Positions 1 to 9,104 of a stretch of DNA of 64,000 nt are shown here, piece by piece. Source of the DNA: Candidatus Zixiibacteriota bacterium (GTDB lineage Bacteria; Zixibacteria; MSB-5A5; UM-FILTER-46-8); assembly GCA_026983835.1 (NCBI GenBank), contig JALSTH010000116.1, positions 16,362-80,361 on the forward strand, given 5' to 3'. The translations under genes were made by a program, and so were the position numbers. Every line of letters starts with the position of its first letter. Position 1 is the stretch's first letter. Below the pieces are notes generated by a model. That model did not search any database. It saw nothing but the letters and a program-made list of their open reading frames with translations, and had not been told where the DNA came from.

Positions 1-867
1 GAGCTACCTGAGGTCGAGGTAATTGTTAGGGGACTGAATAAGAAAATTAGGGGGTTGACCATATCTAATATCCAAATAAATTTTCCTTCCATAATCAAAG
101 GTATGAACCCTTACGGGATACGATGGTTTAAGGGCAAAACGATTAATAAAATCCAACGACATGGGAAATTCATTTCCATAGAGTTTGTTGGAGGCCATAA
201 GATTCTAATGCATTTATGTATGTCCGGGAAACTATTGGTTTTGCCCAAAAACGGCGAATTGCCCAAACATTCGCACTTAATCTTTGATTTTGAGAATTAC
301 GATAATAGTTTAATCTTTAATGATGTTAGGCGGTTCGGGAAAATTATTTACAGTTTTGCTGGTGATTATCTTGTGGATGAGAAGCTTTCCGGTTTAGGAG
401 TGGACCCCCTTGAGATGACAGAGGAACAGTTTGTGGAAATAATCCAATCACACCGAAAAATGATTAAATCTCTTTTATTAAGTCAAGCTGTGATTTCCGG
501 ATTGGGGAACATTTATGTTGATGAATCACTTTTCGATGCGGGGATCCACCCGATGAACTTGAGCAACGAAATAGAGCGAGAACAGATAATAAAACTATAT
601 CATTCAATTCAAAAAATCCTTTTAGCGGCGATTGAAGCAGGAGGTTCAACCATAGATAGTTTTCGTAATGAAGAGGGCAAAAAAGGCACTTTCCAATTTC
701 AACACAGAATTTATGGGAAATATGGCGAAAAATGTCCCAAATGCGGAAACACAATTATTAAAATAAATGTTGCCGGTAGGACCAGTTCGGTTTGCACCAC
801 CTGTCAAGTACCGCCCGCACCAAGGCCTACCGCACGTGTTTTTCGGGAATGTTGGTGGGGGCAATAA
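1..867 (+). CDS. mutM: Formamidopyrimidine-DNA glycosylase (Fpg), 5'-truncated by window edge
   Basis: Frame 1 is open from base 1 and reads ELPEVE (N-terminal [P]ELPEVE motif); R-x-GK, DVRRFG, GLGNIY (H2TH) and C-terminal zinc finger CPKC...CTTCQ. Confidence 0.97.
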   Translation, partial: ELPEVEVIVRGLNKKIRGLTISNIQINFPSIIKGMNPYGIRWFKGKTINKIQRHGKFISIEFVGGHKILMHLCMSGKLLVLPKNGELPKHSHLIFDFENYDNSLIFNDVRRFGKIIYSFAGDYLVDEKLSGLGVDPLEMTEEQFVEIIQSHRKMIKSLLLSQAVISGLGNIYVDESLFDAGIHPMNLSNEIEREQIIKLYHSIQKILLAAIEAGGSTIDSFRNEEGKKGTFQFQHRIYGKYGEKCPKCGNTIIKINVAGRTSSVCTTCQVPPAPRPTARVFRECWWGQ

Positions 868-1033
868 AATCACCGAAGTGATTACCCTATAAGAATCAAA
901 ACGCCATTTAACGGCCGCTTATTTTATATTGTTGACTTATTGCGCATACGGGTATTATATAAGTTGTTGAGCTAAATGGTCAACCGATAAATGTTGGCCT
1001 CTTTTTTTAACTGGATTTAATGGAGAGTCTAAA

Positions 1034-1957
1034 TTGAAAGTAGGGCTTGCTCTCGGCGGAGGAGGAGCGAGAGGATTAGCGCATATAGGGGTCCTTAAAA
1101 TACTCGAAAGAGAGAGCATCCCTATTGATATTATTTGCGGCACATCGATGGGTGCTGTCATCGGATCCGTTTATGCCTGCAATCCTGATGCGGACAAACT
1201 CGAAAAATTGGTAAAGGATTTCTATAAACAACATAAAATAAAAGGCGGTTGGCTCGAATTCTTATCGAAGCCGGAGGAGGATTACAAGAAGAAATTGTTT
1301 TCCGAAATGTCCTATCATATCAGAAAGAAATATATGGCGATCGTAGCAATGCGGAAAATCAGCCTCGAGCCGGAATCTACTCTACGAGAACCTCTTATGA
1401 ATTTTCTCAAAAATTGTAATTGCCACCACGAGATGAGCACCATAAAAACACCATTTGCTTCTGTGGCAATCAATTTGACCGAAGGACATGAGGAAATTTT
1501 CACGACGGGACCGTTAATAGATGCCGTCTATGCTTCTTCTTCTATCGAGGGCTTCTTTCCCCCCTTGCATAGATATGGAAATTATTATTCCGATGGAGGT
1601 CCGGTTTCTTATGTACCGGTGGATGCCTGTAGGAAGTTAGGCGCAGATTTGGTAATAGCGGTATATCTCCCAACTTCAATTAAAAGGGTGGACGATTTCT
1701 CCAACGGATTGGAGATAATATTCCGCGCCGACAGTATTGCTAATTTGAAATTAAGCAATCTATTGTTGCAAAGTGCTGATATTGTTATCAAACCGGAAGT
1801 GGAGGATGTGCATTGGGCAGCTTTTCAGAGGATAAACGAATGCATCGCCTTGGGAGAAAAGGCTGCTGAGGGTAAAATAACGGAGATTAAAAGGATTATC
1901 AAGGAACATAAGGCGCCCTTATCCAAAATAAGGCGCTACTTAAGATCAAAAATATAA
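1034..1957 (+). CDS. Patatin-like phospholipase (RssA/NTE family)
   Basis: GGGGARG oxyanion motif, GTSMG nucleophile elbow, DGG motif; TTG start after GGAG. Confidence 0.92.
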   Translation: MKVGLALGGGGARGLAHIGVLKILERESIPIDIICGTSMGAVIGSVYACNPDADKLEKLVKDFYKQHKIKGGWLEFLSKPEEDYKKKLFSEMSYHIRKKYMAIVAMRKISLEPESTLREPLMNFLKNCNCHHEMSTIKTPFASVAINLTEGHEEIFTTGPLIDAVYASSSIEGFFPPLHRYGNYYSDGGPVSYVPVDACRKLGADLVIAVYLPTSIKRVDDFSNGLEIIFRADSIANLKLSNLLLQSADIVIKPEVEDVHWAAFQRINECIALGEKAAEGKITEIKRIIKEHKAPLSKIRRYLRSKI

Positions 1958-2053
1958 TAATTCCGTCAAACTCAGATTCTTCGCTTGATCCCCATCTATA
2001 AAAATTGGAAATACACTTTGCGATTATTCCCCCGATTTTGGATAACATTTTAC

Positions 2054-2081
2054 TTGACAGGCCAAAAGTTGATTTTATATT
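2054..2081 (+). promoter_or_regulatory. Sigma70-type promoter of tRNA-Gly
   Basis: TTGACA-16 nt-TATATT, 22 nt upstream of the tRNA. Confidence 0.65.
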
Positions 2082-2103
2082 AACATTTGTTATTTAAGTT
2101 TCC

Positions 2104-2176
2104 GCGGGAGTAGCTCAGCTGGTAGAGCACAACCTTGCCAAGGTTGGGGTCGCGGGTTCGAATCCCGTCTCCCGCT
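2104..2176 (+). tRNA. tRNA-Gly(GCC), CCA not encoded
   Basis: Acceptor stem GCGGGAG/CTCCCGC, D-arm AGCTCAGCTGGTAGAGC, anticodon arm CAACC-TTGCCAA-GGTTG, T-loop GTTCGAATC. Confidence 0.98.
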
Positions 2177-2304
2177 TTTTATTTTTCCATAAAAGCATTC
2201 CCGTTTTAACCAATAATAAAATAACCCTCCCGGGAACATATAGTAATATAGTCAAGTTTATATTTTTAAGCTTCTTAGGAGAGGAGAAATAGTTTTTTTT
2301 ATAC

Positions 2305-2333
2305 TTGACTAAAGTTTAAGTGTATATTATATT
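2305..2333 (+). promoter_or_regulatory. Putative sigma70-type promoter upstream of the matrixin operon
   Basis: TTGACT-17 nt-TATATT in an AT-rich intergenic region. Confidence 0.55.
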
Positions 2334-2671
2334 TGTTAAGGTAGAATTTAGTGTTTTATTATTTAAAATAAAGTTTAATAGCAATTAAACAGTATTCTTC
2401 GACTTCTTTGTGTAGCCCTAACTTACCGAATGTTCCTTGAAAACATTATATCATCCTTCGAAATGCTGTCCTGACTCATAATTATAGGAGCTATGTCGAA
2501 ATATAGGCTCATATTAACCCTGAACTATTATGTATTAGAGATTAGTTTTGCCAGTGCAAAATCATATCAAGATTAAACCGATTATCTAATTTTGTTAGGA
2601 GGTGATGAATAAATAACAGAATAAGTTTTATAATTAAATTAAACTGAATGTTAAATTAACGAGGTGAGATA

Positions 2672-3154
2672 ATGATGCTAAGCTGGAAAAAGGCGATAAT
2701 ATTGCTTTTGGGAACAATTATCCTCTTCGGAACAGCAACCGTTTCATACTCAGCGATGTATCCTGTTTCGGATCGCTGGATGGTTGCGCATTCCGATGTA
2801 ATTGTTACCGGTAAGATAATATCAATCACCAGTAATTACGAAAGCGACGGACTGATTTGGTCTTATGCCACTATAAGGGTCGCTGATCGAGTAATGGGGA
2901 TAACGCCCGATGAAGTCATTTTCAAATATCAGGGCGGCACAGTAGGAGAGGTAACTATGGGGGTCAGTATTTCTCCCAAATTCGAAATCGGCGAGGAAGT
3001 TTTGGTTTTCCTCAAAAATGCCGATGATGGAATGTTGGAGATCACCAACTGGAATTTAAGCAAGTATACTCTTGTAAATGGTTCTTTTCTCGAAAACGGA
3101 AAGACATATCGGGAGTATATCGATGAGTTAACCGAAATTATAAAAGCCCGTTAA
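2672..3154 (+). CDS. Secreted hypothetical protein (possible OB-fold; partner of downstream matrixin)
   Basis: Signal peptide, strong SD (GAGGTGA), 'HSDVIVTGKIISI...GGTVG...PKFEIGEEVLVFL' pattern; 15 bp from the next gene. Confidence 0.8.
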   Translation: MMLSWKKAIILLLGTIILFGTATVSYSAMYPVSDRWMVAHSDVIVTGKIISITSNYESDGLIWSYATIRVADRVMGITPDEVIFKYQGGTVGEVTMGVSISPKFEIGEEVLVFLKNADDGMLEITNWNLSKYTLVNGSFLENGKTYREYIDELTEIIKAR

Positions 3155-3169
3155 GGGAGGAGGAATAAG

Positions 3170-4501
3170 ATGATGAGAAAACTATCTATAATCATAGCAA
3201 TCGTTCTCCTTCCGACATTAGTTTTTGCGTATGTAATTGGAGACGGTGATTGGACCTATAAAACCGATCCGATGGGTGAAAACATATACTTCAACCCCAA
3301 CTGCGCCGATGGGGGCTGCGGGAGTGATGAGGATCAGATAAATGCGCTTTGGCAGGGAGCAAAAGCCTGGCAGGATTGGGGGTTGGCTGAATTTGAATTC
3401 CCTTACGGCGGGACTACCACCCGCAATAGTGTATTATACGACAATTGGAATATCGTCTTCTTTTCGCCTACCAGCAACGGTAGCGCCATAGCTGCTACTT
3501 ATTACTGGGTAAGCTCCGGGAATATGACCGAATGCGATATGATATTCTACGATGGTGCGTGGAATTTCAACGCCTATATGGGACCCTCCTATAACGAATT
3601 CGATGTTTGGGATATTGCCGCTCACGAATTTGGGCATTATCTTCAATTAGATCATTCCCCATATTATTATGCTACGATGTACGCATATTCCAATGAAGGT
3701 GAAACCTACAAGCGTGATTTATATTCCGATGATATCGCGGGGATACAGGCTATTTACGGAATGCAGGATCCATTCTCGGTAATTCTGGAAACCAATGATG
3801 ATTCCTACGCCCGTGTGTTCACCCAATCGGGGGGGAGCTTTTCTTTTACCGTGACCGCCTATAACAACACGAGTACCGGCAGGTATTTTCGAGCTACGAT
3901 CGATTTGATATTACCTGATGGTTCAGAATATGGTCCTTTGATGAATGTCAACAGTGTTTATATCGGACCAAACGCAACCCTTACTTACAACTCCACACAA
4001 AATATTCCCGGCGGCGCTCCCGTAGGCGAATACAAATACCGCGCCCGTATGCGCCATACCTCTTCGCCCTACGACGATTATGATGTAAGCTATTTTATGT
4101 TCTGGGTTAATGGGACTGCCAAAGGCAATATGGGTGATATCAGCTATTGGAAGCTCCCCGAGGGGAATTTCGTCCCCGTTTACGAATCTCAAACCCCGGG
4201 ATCGGACGGAAATGTCCCCGGAGTATTCGAGTTGAAGCAGAATGTTCCGAATCCATTTAATCCGACCACCAATATAAGCTTCAACCTATACGAAGATGCT
4301 TCGGTTACTTTGGAAGTTTATAACATTCGGGGCCAGAAGATTAAAACTCTGATTGACAACAGGTATTCCGAAATCGGGCCTTATAGAGTCGTTTGGGATG
4401 CTACCGATAACAACGGCGCTCCGGTTTCGGCAGGCGTTTACCTATATAAATTGGATGTAGGGAACAAGACAGCGGTTAAAAAGATGATCTTAATCAAATA
4501 A
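3170..4501 (+). CDS. Matrixin-family (M10) zinc metalloprotease with Ig-like domain and T9SS/FlgD-type C-terminal domain
   Basis: Signal peptide; HEFGHYLQLDH metzincin motif, Met-turn ATMY, DDIAGIQAIYG; C-terminal NVPNPFNP...GVYLY...KKMILIK. Confidence 0.92.
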   Translation: MMRKLSIIIAIVLLPTLVFAYVIGDGDWTYKTDPMGENIYFNPNCADGGCGSDEDQINALWQGAKAWQDWGLAEFEFPYGGTTTRNSVLYDNWNIVFFSPTSNGSAIAATYYWVSSGNMTECDMIFYDGAWNFNAYMGPSYNEFDVWDIAAHEFGHYLQLDHSPYYYATMYAYSNEGETYKRDLYSDDIAGIQAIYGMQDPFSVILETNDDSYARVFTQSGGSFSFTVTAYNNTSTGRYFRATIDLILPDGSEYGPLMNVNSVYIGPNATLTYNSTQNIPGGAPVGEYKYRARMRHTSSPYDDYDVSYFMFWVNGTAKGNMGDISYWKLPEGNFVPVYESQTPGSDGNVPGVFELKQNVPNPFNPTTNISFNLYEDASVTLEVYNIRGQKIKTLIDNRYSEIGPYRVVWDATDNNGAPVSAGVYLYKLDVGNKTAVKKMILIK

Positions 4502-4533
4502 TGTTCCCTAAACTTCAAATTACCCTTTCGGAT

Positions 4534-4562
4534 GGGGAGGATTTAAAATCCTCCCCTTTTTT
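4534..4562 (+). terminator. Rho-independent terminator
   Basis: GGGGAGGAT-TTAAA-ATCCTCCCC followed by TTTTTT. Confidence 0.88.
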
Positions 4563-4606
4563 ATTCCTCTTCCTCAAAAAGAATTTTTTACACCCATAAA
4601 TTATTA

Positions 4607-4654
4607 TTGACTTTTTTATTCGTACATCTTATTGTTGAGCATTCATTCAATAAT
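4607..4654 (+). promoter_or_regulatory. Promoter overlapped by ArsR/SmtB-type operator 1
   Basis: TTGACT-17-TATTGT; imperfect inverted repeat ATTGTTGAGCATTCATTCAATAAT (4631-4654) overlaps the -10. Confidence 0.75.
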
Positions 4655-4666
4655 AGAGGAGCTGAT

Positions 4667-4969
4667 ATGAAAAGCGATCCGAAAGAAAAGATACTAATGC
4701 GGATGGCGGAAATCTTTTTTGTGCTTTCCGATCCAACCCGTTTAAAGATTTTATATTCAATGCTGGAGAGGAGTATTCAAGTATCGGAAATAGCGGAATT
4801 TGTTGGGATGAGCGTATCTGCGGTGTCTCATCAACTGAAGCTGTTGAGGGATAAGCATCTGGTAAAGACTTTTCGGCAGGGGAGGAAAATATTTTATTCT
4901 TTGAACGATTATCATATCCCGGCATTATTGGCTTTAGCTCGGGAACATTCATCAGAAAGCAATTGTTGA
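4667..4969 (+). CDS. ArsR/SmtB-family metal-responsive repressor
   Basis: LSDPTRLKIL, SAVSHQLKLLR, GRKIFYSL; D-x-H...HxxE alpha5-type residues; ATG at 4667 after GAGGAG. Confidence 0.93.
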   Translation: MKSDPKEKILMRMAEIFFVLSDPTRLKILYSMLERSIQVSEIAEFVGMSVSAVSHQLKLLRDKHLVKTFRQGRKIFYSLNDYHIPALLALAREHSSESNC

Positions 4970-4985
4970 GTATTTACTCAACAAT
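4962..4985. promoter_or_regulatory. ArsR/SmtB-type operator 2
   Basis: Perfect 11-2-11 palindrome ATTGTTGAGTA-TT-TACTCAACAAT, near-identical to operator 1. Confidence 0.75.
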
Positions 4986-5018
4986 AGGCTTAGTTATAAA
5001 TACTAATATAGGTGTTAG

Positions 5019-7367
5019 ATGGAATCAAAAGAGAGAAATAAGTCCTGCAAATTGTCGGTCGAGGGTTTAGACTGTACCGATTGCGCCAGAAAAATAGAAA
5101 ATGGGCTGGAGGAAATGGAAGGGGTGGGGAAAGCCAGAATAAATCTTATATCCCAGACTGTGGAAATCGATTTCGACCCGAAATTAACCGTCGTAGGAAA
5201 TATAACGGAGAAATTGGGCAAATTGGGATATCCGTCAACTGCGATAGAAGAAAATGAATATACCCTCAAAGTCGAAGGGATGGATTGTGCCGACAAGGAA
5301 AGGATAATACGGAAGGCGCTTGAAGGGCTGGAATCACTTAGCGATATAAAGTTTGATTTGATAAATGAGCGTTTGACGGTGCGGATAAAGGCCGATCTGG
5401 AGCAAATAATCAAAGTAGTAGGAAAAGTCGGATTTAAGGCGGTACCGATTAACCCCAAATCGAAAAATATGCCTCAAAATCAAGGTAATACCGATATGAT
5501 ATCGACTGTGATCTCCGGAATAGCCGCCGTTTTGGGGATTATTATGAAATTATCACATCTCCCCGAACCGCTGATAATCGGGATTTTGTCGGTGGCGATA
5601 ATATCGGGAGGATATAAAATTGCTATCAAGGGGATAAAGGCTTCCCTCAGCGGGGTTTTGGATATGAATTTTCTGATGACCATAGCGGTTATCGGAGCGG
5701 TGGCGATAGGCGCATGGGAGGAAGGAGCGATGGTTGTTTTCCTGTTTTCGCTGTCTCATTTGCTCGAACGAAGGAGTATGAATCGCGCTCGGAGAGCTAT
5801 TTCCGATCTGATGAATGTAACGCCTAAAACAGCCTTGGTTATCAAAGGTGATGAGGAGATTATCACCGATGTCGAAAAGATTTCCGTTGGTGAGACAATT
5901 ATAATAAAGCCGGGAGAAGCCATCCCTTTGGATGGGGAGGTTATTGGTGGAGTTTCATCGGTCAATCAAGCTCCGATTACCGGAGAATCAATGCCTGTCG
6001 AGAAAAAAAGCGGGGATAAAGTTTATGCCGGCAGTCTAAACAATAATGGCATACTTAAAGTCAAAGTTGACAAACCTTATTCCGATTCAACTATCGCCCG
6101 AATAATACATTTGGTAGAAGAGGCACAATCGAAGAGGGCACCGATACAGCTTTTTGTGGATAGATTTGCGAAGTATTATACTCCATCCGTAGTAGTTGTC
6201 TCTATCCTTATCTCGGTTATTCCCACTTTGTTCTTCAATCAGCCTTTCTACAGCTGGTTCTACCGATCCTTGGTTTTACTGGTTATCGCTTGTCCCTGTG
6301 CCCTCGTTATATCCACTCCCGTATCTTTTGTTTCCAGCTTGACGGCAGCTGCGAAAAACGGGGTCTTGATTAAAGGAGGGGCATATATCGAAAGGGCAGC
6401 CCATATTAATGCATTCGCTTTCGATAAAACGGGGACCATCACCTATGGAAAGCCAATCCTAATCGATATCATTCCTCTCAATAATTTCAGCAAGGAGAAA
6501 ATATTGGGCTTGGCGGCATCTTTGGAAAAATATTCCGAGCATCCGCTGGCGGAAGCAATAATAAATGGAATTGAAGGGAGAGGTATTCGTTTGCAGGAAG
6601 TTGATGAATTTTCCGCAATAACGGGAGCCGGCGTGGAGGGGATAATCAAAGGGAAAAAATATTATTTGGCGAATCATTCATTTTTTGAGAGGAGAGGAAT
6701 TTGCGACGGCTCGGTACATCGGATTTTGGAGAAAGTGGAAAATAGCAATCAAACCGCAATCCTACTCGGAACCGAGAACAACTTGTATGGACTATTGGCG
6801 ATTGCAGACGGTGTCAAGCAGGAAGCAGCCAAGACAATCACTGAACTTAAGCGAATAGGGGTGGAAAAAAGTTTTATAATCTCCGGCGATAATCACAGAA
6901 CAACGGAGGCCGTCGGTAAACAGGTCGGCTCGGATGCTTATTACGGGGAGCTTCTTCCGGAAAATAAACTTGAAATCATAAGAGATCACAAGGCGGACGG
7001 TTTTAGAATCGCTATGGTTGGTGATGGTATCAATGATGCTCCGGCATTAGCCACTTCCGATTTGGGGATTGCGATGGGAACCGGTGGAACCGATGTCGCT
7101 TTGGAAACAGCCGATGTAGCGATTATAGGTGATGACTTGCGTAAAATTCCATTCCTGATCAGATTGTCGAAACAGACGATGAGAATTATAAAACAAAATA
7201 TCTTCCTCGCATTGGGGATTAAAGCGATATTTATGATTTTGACATTTTTTGGGGCGGCGACTTTGTGGATGGCGGTTTTAGCCGACAATGGAGTTTCTCT
7301 TATGGTTATCTCAAATTCACTGCGTCTGCTCAGAACCCAAAAGATACTTAAAGCTTTTTCAATATAA
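5019..7367 (+). CDS. cadA: Heavy-metal translocating P1B-type ATPase (Zn/Cd/Pb, CadA/ZntA-like)
   Basis: Two N-terminal HMA domains (GLDCTDC, GMDCADK), TGES, CPC, DKTGT, SEHPL, GDGINDAPAL, Lys in TM7 and D-x-G in TM8 (P1B-2). Confidence 0.93.
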   Translation: MESKERNKSCKLSVEGLDCTDCARKIENGLEEMEGVGKARINLISQTVEIDFDPKLTVVGNITEKLGKLGYPSTAIEENEYTLKVEGMDCADKERIIRKALEGLESLSDIKFDLINERLTVRIKADLEQIIKVVGKVGFKAVPINPKSKNMPQNQGNTDMISTVISGIAAVLGIIMKLSHLPEPLIIGILSVAIISGGYKIAIKGIKASLSGVLDMNFLMTIAVIGAVAIGAWEEGAMVVFLFSLSHLLERRSMNRARRAISDLMNVTPKTALVIKGDEEIITDVEKISVGETIIIKPGEAIPLDGEVIGGVSSVNQAPITGESMPVEKKSGDKVYAGSLNNNGILKVKVDKPYSDSTIARIIHLVEEAQSKRAPIQLFVDRFAKYYTPSVVVVSILISVIPTLFFNQPFYSWFYRSLVLLVIACPCALVISTPVSFVSSLTAAAKNGVLIKGGAYIERAAHINAFAFDKTGTITYGKPILIDIIPLNNFSKEKILGLAASLEKYSEHPLAEAIINGIEGRGIRLQEVDEFSAITGAGVEGIIKGKKYYLANHSFFERRGICDGSVHRILEKVENSNQTAILLGTENNLYGLLAIADGVKQEAAKTITELKRIGVEKSFIISGDNHRTTEAVGKQVGSDAYYGELLPENKLEIIRDHKADGFRIAMVGDGINDAPALATSDLGIAMGTGGTDVALETADVAIIGDDLRKIPFLIRLSKQTMRIIKQNIFLALGIKAIFMILTFFGAATLWMAVLADNGVSLMVISNSLRLLRTQKILKAFSI

Positions 7368-9090
7368 TCACGGTGTAATCATCTGATTGAGGGGCTGTAT
7401 CGCGGAAAGTTTTTAAATCATTCAACAGCTTGTTTGAAATCTCTTTCGCAGGTAAATCTCGGGAGCTGTTGATTAAATCAATTAATCTATCGGTGCCGTA
7501 TTCCTCCCCTGAAGGGCTGAATGTTTCCGTGACCCCATCGGTATAGAATAAAATCAGGTCGCCGTTATTCAGGAAAACAGGCCTCTCCACATAATTACAA
7601 TTGGGAATAACTCCCAATGCCACTCCGCCTTCGGAAAGCTCTTCGACTTTGCCTTTCGATCGGAACAGTAATGGGGGATTGTGTCCGGCGTTTGAAAAAG
7701 TAAAAATCGAATTCTGGGAATCCAAAACGCCATAGACGGCGGTTACATAATTTCCGGATTCCACGCTTTCATAAATCAGGGAATTTACTTTTGAAAGAAT
7801 TGTCCTTATGGCATAGTTGTTCCTTATTTCCGCTATCAGGCTGGCACGGAACGCCGCCATAATCAATGCCGCGGGGATACCCTTACCGGCGACATCGCCA
7901 ATGGCTATACCGTATTGATTTTCCACGATTCTAATGAAATCGAAATAGTCCCCGCCGACTTCAATATAAGAATGATTTAATCCATAGATATCATAACCGT
8001 CTATCTGCGGCTGCTCCTGCGGAAGGAAAGATAGCTGGATCCGCCGAGCTATCTTCAATTCTTCTTCAAGCTCACGCTTACTTAAAATCTCATTATGAAG
8101 ACGGGCTCGCTCGATTGCCACTCCAGCTTGAGAAGCGAAGGCTTCTAAAAGTGTAATATCTTCTTCGGTATATTTGTTGACCTCATCGGATTCGATGTTA
8201 AATACCCCTACAATGTGATTATCGCTTTTAATCGGCACCACCATCTCGGAGGATGTATTTTTCCTGAACTTAAAATATCGGGAGTCGGCATTTACATCGG
8301 GGACCAAAACGCTTTTCCCGTTTTTCGCCACCCAGCCAACCAACCCATCCCCCAACTTAAGTTTGATATTCTTCCGAAGCAATTCATCCCCACCCCTCGT
8401 TTTGGATTTCTCGAATTGGGGGGTCAAATCCCCCGTTTTCCGGTTTACAAGAAATATCCCCGCCATATCATAATCGATGACTTCGGATAAGCTATCTATA
8501 ATTGTATCTAAAATCTCATCCAAACTTAAAGATGTATTCAGTTTTTTGCTTATCTCGAAAAGTATCTCTTTTTCCCGCCTATCTTTCTCCGATTTCTCTA
8601 AAAGTATCGCATTCTCAAGCGAAATAGCCATTTGGCCTGACAAGGTTATCAAAATATCCAAATCTTCCCGGTCGAATAACCTCCCACCTTCGGGATTTAG
8701 CGCCTCAATAACCCCCAAAACCTTTTCCCGCCGTTTTATCGGAACACAAATCAACGCACCCGTTTTGAAATCCGCCATATTCTCATATCCGGTGAAGAAC
8801 CGGGGATCGGAGCGGGCATTATCGGTAATAACAGGTTCCCCCTTCTCTGCAACCCAACCGGCGATACCCTGCCCAAAAGCTAAATGGGAAGACCATATCT
8901 TGGGGTTATCTTCACCCGCCTTCAGGTATAAATCCAACCTATTTAATTTAGGGTTAATCAGGAATACGGAAACCGCCGCCGCATTCAAATACCGCAAGGT
9001 AAGATTGAGGATGTTCTCCAACAACGGCTTAATCCTTAATTCGGAGTTTAGGGTCTCTGCGGCTTCCAATAAAAGGGCAACTTTATCCAT
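7348..9090 (-). CDS. GAF-GAF-SpoIIE (PP2C/RsbU-like) serine phosphatase
   Basis: Two GAF repeats (G+G++GWVA), ARRIQ..FLP, VGGDYFD, GDVAGKG, NAGHNPP, YTDGVTE, DDYT. Confidence 0.93.
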   Translation of the reverse strand: MDKVALLLEAAETLNSELRIKPLLENILNLTLRYLNAAAVSVFLINPKLNRLDLYLKAGEDNPKIWSSHLAFGQGIAGWVAEKGEPVITDNARSDPRFFTGYENMADFKTGALICVPIKRREKVLGVIEALNPEGGRLFDREDLDILITLSGQMAISLENAILLEKSEKDRREKEILFEISKKLNTSLSLDEILDTIIDSLSEVIDYDMAGIFLVNRKTGDLTPQFEKSKTRGGDELLRKNIKLKLGDGLVGWVAKNGKSVLVPDVNADSRYFKFRKNTSSEMVVPIKSDNHIVGVFNIESDEVNKYTEEDITLLEAFASQAGVAIERARLHNEILSKRELEEELKIARRIQLSFLPQEQPQIDGYDIYGLNHSYIEVGGDYFDFIRIVENQYGIAIGDVAGKGIPAALIMAAFRASLIAEIRNNYAIRTILSKVNSLIYESVESGNYVTAVYGVLDSQNSIFTFSNAGHNPPLLFRSKGKVEELSEGGVALGVIPNCNYVERPVFLNNGDLILFYTDGVTETFSPSGEEYGTDRLIDLINSSRDLPAKEISNKLLNDLKTFRDTAPQSDDYTVIILKKL

Positions 9091-9104
9091 AGTATCCTAT
9101 ACCC

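Noticed and set aside
808-867. Odd C-terminal tail on MutM (VPPAPRPTARVFRECWWGQ) as a possible inserted repeat
   Set aside because: GC-rich, but I found no second copy or clear terminal repeats in the window; more likely a drifted stop codon
4964-4990. Cys-UGA at the end of the ArsR gene as a selenocysteine codon
   Set aside because: The hairpin includes the TGA itself, has no G-rich apical loop at SECIS spacing, and matches the upstream operator, so it is better explained as a DNA binding site
2104-7367. Genomic island integrated at tRNA-Gly
   Set aside because: An AT-rich spacer and accessory-type genes follow the tRNA, but there is no integrase and I could not find a duplicated tRNA 3' end
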